64,000 bases of DNA from Longimicrobiales bacterium (lineage in GTDB: Bacteria; Gemmatimonadota; Gemmatimonadetes; Longimicrobiales; Gaopeijiaceae). The stretch is taken from contig OZ241869.1 of NCBI GenBank assembly GCA_965202805.1, positions 2,720,001 through 2,784,000 of the forward strand, read 5' to 3'. Shown here one piece after another: positions 9,201-17,849 of the stretch. Made by a program: the position numbers and the translations under genes. Below the pieces are notes generated by a model that saw only the letters and a program-made list of their open reading frames with translations, did no database searches and had not been told where the DNA came from. The number at the start of each line of letters is the position of its first letter. The stretch's first letter is position 1.

Positions 9201-10563
9201 CCCACTCGATCGCGTGCGTTCGCGCGGCGTTGGACATGTTCTCGTCCACCATCTCGCTGATCCCGAGGGCGGCATCCGTCTCATCCATCCCGAGTTTCGC
9301 CCCCGGCCCGTTGCGAATGGCCGCCGCCGCCCGCTCGCGCTCCAGACGGATCGCGCCCCCCGCGAAGAAGGCCGGATCGATGCGGCCCAGCACCACATCC
9401 GCGTCGGTGACGGTGGGATCGGTCCCGCCCCGGCAGTACGCCGCCGGCCCCGGTTCCGACCCGGCGCTGGCCGGCCCCACCTCGATGCGGTCGAGGTCGT
9501 CCACCGCCGCAATGGACCCGCCGCCCGCCCCGATCTCGACCATTTCGATCACCGGGATGCGTACCGGCAGCCCGCTCCCCTTCCTGAAGCGGTAGCTGCG
9601 GGCCACCTCGAAGGCGCGCGACTGCAGCGGCCGGCCCCCGTCGATCACGCACAGCTTCGCAGTCGTGCCCCCCATGTCGAAGGAGAGCACGTCGCCCAGT
9701 TCCAGCCGCCGCGCCAGGTGGCTCGCCAGAATCGCACCGCCCGCGGGACCGGATTCCACCAGCCGCACGGGCGCCGCCATGGCGGTTTCGAGCGTCGTGA
9801 GCCCTCCCCCGGAGGTCATGAGCAGGAAGGGACAGTCGAGCCCCGAGGCCGCGAGCGACTCCGCCAGCCCCTTCAGGTACCGGGACATCAGCGGCTGGAC
9901 ATACGCGTTGGCGCACGCGGTCGAGAGCCGTTCGTACTCGCGCACTTCCGGGCACACCTCCGAGGCCAGTGTTACCGCAAGCGCCGGGCGCTCCGATGCG
10001 AGGATCGCGCCGATGCGCCGTTCGTGGTCCGGGTTGGCGTAGCCGTGGATCAGCCCCACGGCCACGGACTCGACCCCGTGTTCGTCCAGCACCGGCAGCA
10101 GCGCGCGCACCGACTCTTCGTCCATCGGCACCAGCACGCGCCCGTGACGATCCACGCGCTCGCGCACAGGCAGACGCAGGCGGCGCGGCACCAGGGGCGC
10201 GGGCCGGTCGATGCCGATGTCGTACTGCTCGAAGCGGTTCTCCCGCGCCATCTCCAGGGCGTCGCGATGTCCCGATGTGACGATCAGGGCCGTGTGCGCC
10301 CCCCGACGCTCGATGATGGCGTTGGTCGCCAGCGTGGTCCCGTGGATGACCAGCCGTACGCCCGAAGGCGCCACCCCGGCGATCTCCAGTACCCTGCGCA
10401 CCCCGGCCAGCACCCCCTGCTCGGGCGCCGCGGGAGTGGTGAGCACCTTGGTGGTGACGGGGGGCCCGCCGGCCTCCAGCGCGACATCGGTGAAGGTCCC
10501 GCCGATGTCGATCGCCAGCCGCGCCCCGGGCGCCTCCATGCCCTGCCGGGAACCCTCAGCCAT
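6274..10563 (-). CDS. Fused hydantoinase/oxoprolinase A+B protein (5-oxoprolinase/HyuAB-like)
   Basis: N-terminal half has IDIGGTFTD, HGTTLATN, ESGPAGG and DMGGTT. C-terminal half has RTAFSTPVREAGD, TNDPWEGTGHLND and ETPGGGG. Single open frame; start is 10563 or 10539. Confidence 0.88.
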   Translation of the reverse strand: MAEGSRQGMEAPGARLAIDIGGTFTDVALEAGGPPVTTKVLTTPAAPEQGVLAGVRRVLEIAGVAPSGVRLVIHGTTLATNAIIERRGAHTALIVTSGHRDALEMARENRFEQYDIGIDRPAPLVPRRLRLPVRERVDRHGRVLVPMDEESVRALLPVLDEHGVESVAVGLIHGYANPDHERRIGAILASERPALAVTLASEVCPEVREYERLSTACANAYVQPLMSRYLKGLAESLAASGLDCPFLLMTSGGGLTTLETAMAAPVRLVESGPAGGAILASHLARRLELGDVLSFDMGGTTAKLCVIDGGRPLQSRAFEVARSYRFRKGSGLPVRIPVIEMVEIGAGGGSIAAVDDLDRIEVGPASAGSEPGPAAYCRGGTDPTVTDADVVLGRIDPAFFAGGAIRLERERAAAAIRNGPGAKLGMDETDAALGISEMVDENMSNAARTHAIEWGKGLAGRTLVAFGGSAPIHAARLADKLELHRFLVPADAGVGSAVGFLLAPISYEVVRSRYMRLSAFEARVVRDVMQEMREEATEVVARGAPGAATTERVRAYMRYVGQGHEIGVEVPREVVADTGFVAGDGSAAGDGSVDVLRGAFDHAYRAVYGRVIPGLDVEVLSWTLVVTADAAASGLESATGGDGGRGGDGAHAGGRSAPRGDGSAGTVTGGKMQVREPGDGASGSARLTGGDAAVGGYSSEPHLSAGPPEPGPSGGPPTPGAPPPVRRSELVDGAEGGPVAAAVHPRGGLGERERVEGPALVVETQTTTVVPGGWGAVVLPGGHLLVRRNSDPAAVPNLASSRPAFESDRAACASMNPEGASTDPGRQSAETVPDSALPQSTSECPAPTPVDPIPESTRPIREPRRPDPTSPRPALTLLQDQIMWSRLLSVVEEQARTLVRTAFSTPVREAGDLSAGVFDLSGRMLAQAVTGTPGHVNAMAESVGFFLRDHPVPTLVDGDVLITNDPWEGTGHLNDFTVVTPAFVSGRPAALFAATSHIADVGGRGFGADANQVFEEGVRIPIGYLMRAGRVDETLIRLIRANVRDPDVAQGDLYSLAACNRTGCERLAAMMAEFGLDSLDPLAEMVVSASRRAMLARIRALRPGTYRHHMRIDGYDHDLDLACALTVSPDGIRIDFDGTSPMSPRGINVPLTYTRAYASFGVRCVVGSEVPNNAGSLSTISVGAPSGSILNAPPPAAVAARHAIGQMLPDVVLGCLEQAMEPGSVPAEGASCLWNPVLLGGPGLTGTHPYGGSEPFVVNPFHTGGTGARPGKDGLSATAFPSGVRSTPIEITETVAPLIFWRKEYIPDSGGPGEFRGGLGQVMEISHASGEPFAISKMFERVRNPARGRAGGGDGALGRVHVPKVGELRAKGREVVPPGHRIVLETPGGGGLGDPRHRSREHIRDDLLDGYVTEPAATKDYGLVTGEPD

Positions 10564-11344
10564 CCTCGCGCAGCGGAACCGTGTAGTTGAGCGCCAGCCG
10601 CCCACCGTCCGGATAGATGGTCTCGCCGGTGAGGTAGGACGCGTAGTCGCTGGCCAGGAAGACCGCCACGCCCGCAACCTCCTCGGGCTCTCCTACCCGC
10701 CCCATCGGCGTCCGCGACAGAATCGTGCGCCGGGCCTCTTCGTCGGCCATCACCTCGTCCAGCAGTTTCGTGGCGATGGAACCCGGCCCGATCGCGTTGA
10801 CCCGGATGTCGTGCGGCGCGAGCGCCATCGCCATCACCCTGGTGAGTTGCGCCACCCCGCCCTTGGAGACCGCGTAGGCGAGCTGGTTCGGAATCGTCAC
10901 GACCGCGTTGGTGGACGACATGTTGACGATGGACCCCTTCACGCCCCGCTCCACCATGTGACGAGCCGCGAGCCGCGACATCAGATAGGTACCCCGCAGG
11001 TTCACCGAGAGCACGCGATCGAAGTCCTCGACGGCGCCGTCCAGAATCGATCCCGGCACGATGATGCCCGCGTTGTTCAGAAGGATGTCGCAGGCGCCGA
11101 AATGCTCCGTGCAGGCGTCGAGCAACCCGGCACAATCCTCCTCCAGGCTCACGTCCGCCCGAATCGACACGGCGGACGCCCGCGTCTCGTCGCGAATGCG
11201 GCGCGCGGTTTCGGCGCAGTCCTCCTCCAGCACGTCCCCCAGCACCACGTTCGCCCCATGACGCGCGAACGCCAGCGCGCACGCGGCCCCGATGCCTCTC
11301 GCCGCTCCCGTGACGATCGCGTTCCTGCCCTCGAGTGAGATCAC
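10556..11344 (-). CDS. SDR family NAD(P)-dependent oxidoreductase
   Basis: TGAARGIG, NNAG, YAVSK and NAIGPG motifs. GTG start at 11344 with GAGGGG upstream. Confidence 0.92.
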   Translation of the reverse strand: MISLEGRNAIVTGAARGIGAACALAFARHGANVVLGDVLEEDCAETARRIRDETRASAVSIRADVSLEEDCAGLLDACTEHFGACDILLNNAGIIVPGSILDGAVEDFDRVLSVNLRGTYLMSRLAARHMVERGVKGSIVNMSSTNAVVTIPNQLAYAVSKGGVAQLTRVMAMALAPHDIRVNAIGPGSIATKLLDEVMADEEARRTILSRTPMGRVGEPEEVAGVAVFLASDYASYLTGETIYPDGGRLALNYTVPLREDG

Positions 11345-11527
11345 TTCGCCGGCCCCTCTGAAGGTGTACGTCCGATGGGCGCCACTGGCGTTGCCGCACC
11401 GCTGGTCCGCCCCAAGCTCACATCTTTCGCGGCTTGGGGCGAGAGATGGAGGTGTTGATTTTTCAGCATCCATGTCCCATGGTGTCCCTGTCGGCGGTCC
11501 CGGCCAACCGGCGGGAGCCGATTTGCG

Positions 11528-11650
11528 GTGAAAGACCCCTCCTGGATCACGAGGAACGACCCACTGGGCACCCCGAGGGACGGCCACTGGGCATCGCGAG
11601 CAACGATCCATCCGGCATCAGAGAAAACAACCCACCCGGAGCGCGAGACA
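11528..11650. repeat. Degenerate 23-24 bp tandem repeat (about 5 units)
   Basis: Units include gaggaacgacccactgggcacccc, gagggacggccactgggcatcgc, gagcaacgatccatccggcatca and gagaaaacaacccacccggagcgc. Confidence 0.55.
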
Positions 11651-11922
11651 CGGATTCGGCCGTCCGCTCGATCCTGCGCATCCTGATCAACAAGGGACAC
11701 CTGACCCGGGAGCTGGACGGTCCCCGTTACGTCTACTCGCCGACCACGCCGGCCCCGCGCGCGAGCCGCTCCGCCATGCGTCACGTCCTGTCGACGTTCT
11801 TCGGCGGCTCCGTCGAAGGCGCGGTCGCCACGCTCCTGAAGCTCCGGGAAGGCGATCTGACGCCGGCCGAGCGAGCACGCATCAAGGCGATGATCGATGA
11901 AGCGGCGGAGGAAGGACGGTGA
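11648..11922 (+). pseudogene. BlaI/MecI/CopY family repressor, apparently lacking its normal N-terminus
   Basis: Recognisable only from 'TDSAVRSILRILINKGHL...GPRYVYSP...FFGGSVEGAVATLL'. The upstream in-frame sequence (ORF from 11434) is repeat-derived and lacks the usual LSRRExQIM helix. Confidence 0.6.
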
Positions 11923-14183
11923 GCGGGCTGGGCGTCGTCGCCGCAGGTGTCTCGGGGACGGGTATGGTGGGGCTGGTTGCGAAGGCCACGCTGGTGCTCT
12001 GTCTGGCGCTGGGCCTGGCATGGTTGGCACGCCGGGAATCGGCGAGAACCCTGCACCTGCTCTGGACGACGGCGTTCGTGTTTCTGCTGGCGTTGCCGGT
12101 GGTGAGCCTGCTGGGCCCGTCGTGGAGGGTGCCGATCCTGCCGGGCCGGGACGTCGAGACCGGCGGCGCATCCCTCGTGATGGCGGCCGAAGAGGCATCG
12201 GCTCAGGGAACTGCGCGCGAGACATCCGGCTCAACCATTCCATCGGGGTCCCCGCGGCGGATGGAAGGCTCCATGGCCTCATCCGGCTCCGGCACGGCGG
12301 CGGCGAGCCCGTCCCAACCCGGAGCAGGCGATGAACCCGCCCCGCTGACCCCCGCCGGCGTCGCGTTCCTGATCTGGGCTCTGGGCTGTGGCGCCGCCCT
12401 GACCTCGCTGGGCGTCGGGAGCCTCCGCTTCCGGAAGCTGGTCCGCGAGGCGGCCCCGGTGCGGGACCCGGCGTGGCGACGGCAGACCGACGCAATTCGA
12501 CGGCGCCTGCGGGTGCGGAGGCAGGTCCGGATCCTGATGAGCCCGAAGGTGCCCACGCCGATGGCGGGTGGTCCCTGGAGGCCGGTGATCCTGCTGCCGT
12601 CGGTCGCGGAAGCGTGGTCGCCGGGGCGACGGGCGGTGGTCCTGGCCCACGAGCTGATCCATGTCCGGCGCCGCGACACACTACGGCAGGTCGTCGGCCG
12701 ATGCGTAGTGGCGCTCTACTGGTTCCACCCCCTCAGCTGGCCGGCGTGGCGGGCCGCGACCATCGCCGCCGAGCGATCGTGCGACGAGGAGGTGCTGGAA
12801 CTCGGCACGCGCCCCTCGGAATACGCCCGGCACCTGTTTTCGCTCGCGGCGGGGCCGACGGGCGGTCGCGCCTTACTGGCCCTCCCAATGGTGCAGCGCT
12901 CGCACCTGGAGAACCGAATCATGTCCATCCTGAAGCGACATCGTCCCCGCTATTCGCTCGCCCGCACCATCGCCGCGCTGGTGGGAATCGGAGTTGTGGG
13001 CACGCTCATCGCCTGCGCCAATCCAGTGCCCAGGGATCCGGACCCGCAGCCCGCTCCTCAGGTGGAGGCGACGGTAACTCCAAGTGTCGAACCAGCGGCC
13101 GATCGGATGGCGACGCCGGAAGCCATCGGCCTGCGGGCGCTCGACTGCAGTCTCTGGAGCGTGAGCATGACTCTTCGAGATGATGAGTTGACGACCGTCC
13201 AGACAACCGTGGACGGGATGCAGCTATGCATGCGAAGCCGTGGCGACGTCGTCATGACCGAGGACGGTACCGCCCTTGAGAGCATGGATGCCGAAAGCTG
13301 GCTTGTCTTGCAGTCCAGGGCCGAGGAGTTGCACCGGATGGTCATCACATCGGGGCCCGATGGCATCGAGTACGACTGGAGCATTGATGGGCGTTCCCAA
13401 CCGTTTGACGCCGAGGCCCGGGAATGGCGCGACCTGATGTTGATCGTGTTGGCACGCTCCGGTGAGGCGACGCAGATTCGCGGCAGGGAAGCCGGCCTCC
13501 GCGGACAGATCGCGAGCCACAGGGGATGGGTCGCAACCTGGCAGGGACGGATCGCATCTCACCGATGGCACGTTGCGACCTTGCAGAGTCAGATCGCTTC
13601 CTTCAGGGCCAACGTCGCCGGGCTGCACGCGCAGATGGCCTCTGTCCGGGCACGCGCGTTCCGCATGCAAGGGCCATTGGGAGCCGTCTGGCAAGCCCGC
13701 GAACGAATCCACATGAACAGGGTCAACCGTCTGCGTGCCACCCGGTCCCCGGTTCCCGACTCGATCGGAGAGCCTCCCGATTCCATCGGAGCAATCGAGG
13801 CAGCCACCGAGGCTCTGGACGCTGCACGCGCAACTCTGGAGGACGACCTTCGCCGGGCCGGGCGCGATCTGAACGCAACGCGGGCCGAACTGGCAGCGAA
13901 GACCGAGGTCTCGGACCTGGATGCCAGCCTTCAGGAGCTCCGTCAGGCGATTGAGGACTACGACCTCGACGGCAGGATCGCCGAGATCGAAGCGGAGATC
14001 GAGGACTACGACCTCGACGGGAAGGTGCGGGAGATCGAGGCGCAGATCGAGGAATACGACCTGGCCGGCAAGGTCCGCGAAATCGAGGCGCAGATCGAGG
14101 AACTCGACGCCGACCGCCGCGCCGACGAAATCGAGCGCTCGATCCAGGATGAAATCGCCGCGCTTCGCCGCCTGATCCGGTAG
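11919..14183 (+). CDS. M56 (BlaR1/MecR1-like) membrane metallopeptidase with C-terminal coiled-coil repeats
   Basis: TM helices, HELIH zinc motif, 'LYWFHPLSW' and 'ERSCDE'. GTGA overlap with the blaI stop. Confidence 0.9.
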   Translation: MSGLGVVAAGVSGTGMVGLVAKATLVLCLALGLAWLARRESARTLHLLWTTAFVFLLALPVVSLLGPSWRVPILPGRDVETGGASLVMAAEEASAQGTARETSGSTIPSGSPRRMEGSMASSGSGTAAASPSQPGAGDEPAPLTPAGVAFLIWALGCGAALTSLGVGSLRFRKLVREAAPVRDPAWRRQTDAIRRRLRVRRQVRILMSPKVPTPMAGGPWRPVILLPSVAEAWSPGRRAVVLAHELIHVRRRDTLRQVVGRCVVALYWFHPLSWPAWRAATIAAERSCDEEVLELGTRPSEYARHLFSLAAGPTGGRALLALPMVQRSHLENRIMSILKRHRPRYSLARTIAALVGIGVVGTLIACANPVPRDPDPQPAPQVEATVTPSVEPAADRMATPEAIGLRALDCSLWSVSMTLRDDELTTVQTTVDGMQLCMRSRGDVVMTEDGTALESMDAESWLVLQSRAEELHRMVITSGPDGIEYDWSIDGRSQPFDAEAREWRDLMLIVLARSGEATQIRGREAGLRGQIASHRGWVATWQGRIASHRWHVATLQSQIASFRANVAGLHAQMASVRARAFRMQGPLGAVWQARERIHMNRVNRLRATRSPVPDSIGEPPDSIGAIEAATEALDAARATLEDDLRRAGRDLNATRAELAAKTEVSDLDASLQELRQAIEDYDLDGRIAEIEAEIEDYDLDGKVREIEAQIEEYDLAGKVREIEAQIEELDADRRADEIERSIQDEIAALRRLIR
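13508..13655 (+). repeat. 42-bp (14-aa) coding tandem repeat, about 3.5 copies
   Basis: IASHRGWVATWQGR / IASHRWHVATLQSQ / IASFRANVAGLHAQ / MASVRAR, with units starting at 13508, 13550, 13592 and 13634. Confidence 0.75.
13953..14144 (+). repeat. 48-bp (16-aa) coding tandem repeat, 4 copies
   Basis: EDYDLDGRIAEIEAEI / EDYDLDGKVREIEAQI / EEYDLAGKVREIEAQI / EELDADRRADEIERSI. Confidence 0.85.
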
Positions 14184-14315
14184 TCTTGATCGTCGTCGTT
14201 TTGTCGTCATATTCGCCCTGAATGACGCACATCGTGTCACGTGCCGTTCAGCACGAATGCGGGCGCACGCTCCTTGATGAGGGACGTGCGCGGCCGAATG
14301 ACGGGAAGAGGACAG

Positions 14316-15545
14316 ATGCGAAATACACGGTACCTGCCGGTGCTCTGGGTGATGCTCGTGGTCGCCGCGGGCTGCCGCGACGCCGTTGCACCGCCGGACG
14401 AACCCGAGCTCATTACGATCGCGGCGACGGTCTCCGAGACCGGGATCCGCACCCAGTCCGCCGGAGAGATGGGGCGGGGCTACCGGCTGGCCGTGGAGAT
14501 GCTGAACGAGATGGGCGGCATCGGCGACAAGGAGGTGCGCCTGGTGACCCGCGACGACGGGAGCGACCCGGCGACCGCGGCCCGCCTGTACGAGGAGTTT
14601 ATCGCGACCGACTCCATCGACGTGCTGCTGGGTCCCTTCAGCACCCCGATCACCGAGGCCGTGCTGGCGGTGACCGAGGCTGCCGGCCGGCCGCTCATCG
14701 CCCCGCTGGCGTCGGCCCCCGGGGTGTGGTCCGACCGCGGGCGCCGCTGGAGCGTGCAGATGCTCGACCCGGGGCCGGCCCGCCTGAGGGGCGCGGTCGA
14801 GGTGGCCGCGAGCCATGGCGCCCGCACGGTGGCGCTGATCTACGAGGACAGCGCGTTTCCCGCCTCGCTGGCGGAGGGCGTCAGGGAAGCGGCGGGAACC
14901 CACGGGCTGATCACCGCGCTGGATCGCTCCTACCCCGTCGGCGGAGCGGACCACGCGGGGCTCGTGGCGGCCGCGCGCGGCGCCGGGGCCGACCTCTTCA
15001 TCGGCGGAGGCTACTACGACGACGCGGTCGCCTTCACGCGGGCACTGGCGGCGGCGGACTACGCCCCGCTCATGGTGAATCTTGCCCTTGGCCCGGCCGA
15101 CCCGAGGTTCCCGCAGGATGTCGGCGATCTGGCTCGCTGCATGACCGCTGCCGCGTCGTGGATCCCCTCGGTGCGCACCTCGGGGCACATCGCCGACAGC
15201 GAGACCTTCGTTCAGCGCTACCGGCAGGCGCACGGATCGGACCCGGGCTATCACGCGGCCGGCGGATTCGGAGCCGTGGAGCTCCTGGCCGAGGCCATCG
15301 AGGCCACGCCGACGGCAACGGGAGAACTCGATGCGGCCGCGGTCCGGGACTACCTGTTCTCGGCGTCCACCGAGACCGTGCTCGGCCCCTACCGCGTCTA
15401 CTCCCTGGGCACCAACGAGGCCGGCGGGCAACGCGCCCTGACGGCGCTCCAGGTGCAGTGGCAGGACGATGGTTCGGGAGGGCTGGTCCAGCGCATCATC
15501 CATCCGGAGGCCGCGGCCGACGCCGAACCGTGCTTCCTCAGGTAG
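14316..15545 (+). CDS. ABC transporter substrate-binding lipoprotein (LivJ/branched-chain amino acid type)
   Basis: Lipobox VAAGC, 'DDGSDP' and 'LLGPFSTPIT'. GAGGA RBS before ATG 14316. Confidence 0.85.
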   Translation: MRNTRYLPVLWVMLVVAAGCRDAVAPPDEPELITIAATVSETGIRTQSAGEMGRGYRLAVEMLNEMGGIGDKEVRLVTRDDGSDPATAARLYEEFIATDSIDVLLGPFSTPITEAVLAVTEAAGRPLIAPLASAPGVWSDRGRRWSVQMLDPGPARLRGAVEVAASHGARTVALIYEDSAFPASLAEGVREAAGTHGLITALDRSYPVGGADHAGLVAAARGAGADLFIGGGYYDDAVAFTRALAAADYAPLMVNLALGPADPRFPQDVGDLARCMTAAASWIPSVRTSGHIADSETFVQRYRQAHGSDPGYHAAGGFGAVELLAEAIEATPTATGELDAAAVRDYLFSASTETVLGPYRVYSLGTNEAGGQRALTALQVQWQDDGSGGLVQRIIHPEAAADAEPCFLR

Positions 15546-15705
15546 GGTGGAGGGTTGGCTGTCGCTTATGCCCGGCCCCTCCAGCGGGCGAGGGCCCAGG
15601 CGTGCGCCGCGCCAAACCCTTGACCCCCCTCTCCCCGTACACGTCCTTATCGTGATGCCGGCATCCGGCATCGCACCTCGACAACCGAACAAGGACGGCC
15701 CTGCC

Positions 15706-15768
15706 ATGATGCGGATTCTCAGGTACGTCTTGCGCCTCGTCCTGGACTGGCTGCGCAAGAAGATCTAG
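15706..15768 (+). CDS. Putative 20-aa cationic amphipathic peptide
   Basis: MMRILRYVLRLVLDWLRKKI*, preceded by AAGGA (15691). An 8-bp perfect hairpin GATGCCGG-cat-CCGGCATC lies at 15654-15672. Confidence 0.45.
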   Translation: MMRILRYVLRLVLDWLRKKI

Positions 15769-15791
15769 CACGGGAGCCGAATACCGAACCA

Positions 15792-17096
15792 ATGTCATTT
15801 CTGCCCGACAACTGGCTGAGCCTGGTGGGCGGGCTCGTGATCCTTGCAGCCGGCGCTTGGATCGTCGACTGGGTGACCACCCGGGTCGTTCACGGCGCGA
15901 TCCGGCGGGTCGCGGCCCGGACGCGCTCCTCCTGGGACGACCGCGTCATCGAGCGCAAGGTCTTCGCGCGCCTCTCCCACATCGTGCCCGCCGCCATCGT
16001 CTACTACGGCATCGGGCCGGTGCTGGGGGTGACGCCCGCCGAAGCGGCCGCCGGAGCCGAACCCGCCGGGCTCATTCTGACCTGGACGCTGGCGCGCCGT
16101 CTTTCCGCCGCCGTCATCGTGATGGCCACGGCGGCGGCGTTCAGCGCCTTTCTCGACGCCGTCAACGACATCTACGTCGAAGCCTTCGAGCAGTCGCGTT
16201 CGAGGCCGATCAAGGGCTACCTGCAGGGGATCAGCCTGCTGGCCTACCTTGGCGCCGGCGTCGTCGCCATCGCGATCCTGGCGAACCAGAGCCCGCTCGT
16301 CTTCCTCTCCGGCATCGGCGCGCTCACCGCCGTGCTCATGCTCATCTTCCGCGATACCATCCTGTCGCTGGTGGCGAGCATCCAGATCATGTCCAACGAC
16401 ATGATCCGCATCGGCGACTGGGTCTCGATGCCGCAGGCCAACACCGACGGAGACGTCATCGAGATCGCGCTGCATACGGTCAAGATCCAGAACTGGGACA
16501 AGACCATCTCGACCATCCCGACGCACAAGTTCATCAGCGAGTCCTTCAAGAACTGGCGCGGGATGACGGAATCCGGGGGGCGCCGCATAAAGCGGTCGCT
16601 GCGCATCGACATGAACTCGGTGCGCTTCCTGAGCGACGGGGAAATCGAGCGGCTGTCGCGCTACGAGACGCTGCGCGAATACATGGCCAAGGCGCGCCGC
16701 AGGATCGAGAGCTACAACGCGGCCAAGGCGATGGGCGATCCCGGTATCATCCCGGAGATCCGGCGCCTGACCAACCTGGGGACGTTCCGCTTCTACGTGC
16801 TCAACTACCTGAAGGGCAACCCCCGCATCAGCCAGGAGATGACGGTGCTGGCGCGCCAGCTCGCGCCCGGACCGCAGGGCGTGCCCATCGAGGTCTACTG
16901 TTTCTCGAGCGACACGGCGTGGGCGAACTACGAGGGCCTCCAGGCCGACCTCTTCGACCACCTGATCGCGATTCTGCCGGAGTTCGGGCTGAGGGCGTTC
17001 CAGGAACCCGGCGGGTCGGACTTCGCGGAGGCGCTGACGGCCGCGGGCACGGGGCGGCCGGAGCCGGGCACCGACGAGGGCAGGGCCGGAGGCTGA
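15792..17096 (+). CDS. Mechanosensitive ion channel, MscS family (YbdG-like)
   Basis: 'IRIGDWV', 'TVKIQNWDKTI', 'NWRGMTESGGRRIKRS' and 'LTNLGTFR'. Confidence 0.92.
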   Translation: MSFLPDNWLSLVGGLVILAAGAWIVDWVTTRVVHGAIRRVAARTRSSWDDRVIERKVFARLSHIVPAAIVYYGIGPVLGVTPAEAAAGAEPAGLILTWTLARRLSAAVIVMATAAAFSAFLDAVNDIYVEAFEQSRSRPIKGYLQGISLLAYLGAGVVAIAILANQSPLVFLSGIGALTAVLMLIFRDTILSLVASIQIMSNDMIRIGDWVSMPQANTDGDVIEIALHTVKIQNWDKTISTIPTHKFISESFKNWRGMTESGGRRIKRSLRIDMNSVRFLSDGEIERLSRYETLREYMAKARRRIESYNAAKAMGDPGIIPEIRRLTNLGTFRFYVLNYLKGNPRISQEMTVLARQLAPGPQGVPIEVYCFSSDTAWANYEGLQADLFDHLIAILPEFGLRAFQEPGGSDFAEALTAAGTGRPEPGTDEGRAGG

Positions 17097-17322
17097 CGCC
17101 GGCAACGACGGAGGCTGACGCCTGGAAACGCCGGAGACCCGGGCCGGAACACCCGGAGACCCGGGCCGGACGGCGGAGGCCTGCGACGGGGCGGCGGACT
17201 CCGGTGCGTGACGTGCGCTCAGGTCGCGTTATCTTTCATCCTGGGATGACGTGGATGAGGGCGGCAGGGAAACCAGGAACCGGCGGGGCCGGAGGCTCCG
17301 CACCACGGGGAAGATCGGAAAC

Positions 17323-17790
17323 ATGGTGAACACCGTTGAGTTGCTCGGCGACCTGCAGCGCCTGAGAGAGCAGGGCTATCTGTCGGACGCCCTCCTGCGT
17401 CACGCGGTTCGGGGACTCTCGAAAACCGAGAACTTCGACTGGGTCGGCGTCTATCTGCTGGGAGAGGAGGGGGATGAGCTCTGGCTCCACAACTACATCG
17501 GAGCCAGCACCCAACACGCGAAGATTCCCGTGGGCACGGGTGTGTGCGGGACCGCCGTGGCGACCGGCAAGAACCAGAACGTGCCCGACGTGGGCGCGGT
17601 CGACAACTACCTCTCGTGCAACCCCGCCGTGAAGTCCGAACTCGTGGTCCTGATCCGGGCGGGCAAGGAGATCTTCGGGCAGATCGACGTCGACAGCCGC
17701 ACTCCGGCGGCCTTCAGCGACGACGACGAGCTGGCCGTGCAGATGATCGCCGACAAGCTCGCCGAGCAGTTCGTGCACGAGCGACGCTAG
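17323..17790 (+). CDS. GAF domain protein (free methionine-R-sulfoxide reductase MsrC-like)
   Basis: 'DWVGVYL', 'GTGVCGTAV', 'NYLSC' and 'SELVV...IDVDS'. Confidence 0.8.
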   Translation: MVNTVELLGDLQRLREQGYLSDALLRHAVRGLSKTENFDWVGVYLLGEEGDELWLHNYIGASTQHAKIPVGTGVCGTAVATGKNQNVPDVGAVDNYLSCNPAVKSELVVLIRAGKEIFGQIDVDSRTPAAFSDDDELAVQMIADKLAEQFVHERR

Positions 17791-17849
17791 CGGACGGCAA
17801 CCATCGAGCTTCCCCGCGCGTGACCGTGGGCGGGACCGATCCGCGCGCC

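Noticed and set aside
11528..11650. Possible CRISPR mini-array
   Set aside because: The units are contiguous and degenerate, with no unique spacers and no cas genes in the window.
13953..14144. 48-bp repeats as CRISPR or DGR template/variable repeats
   Set aside because: They are in-frame coding repeats with no adenine-specific mismatch pattern, and there is no reverse transcriptase nearby.
14270..14285. TTGATGAG as a hammerhead ribozyme core
   Set aside because: It lacks the exact CUGAUGA and a correctly placed GAAA/three-stem junction.
17088..17172. Short direct repeats GGAGGCTGACGCC x2 and CCGGAGACCCGGGCCGGA x2 after mscS
   Set aside because: They look like local slippage duplications in GC-rich intergenic DNA with no further structure.
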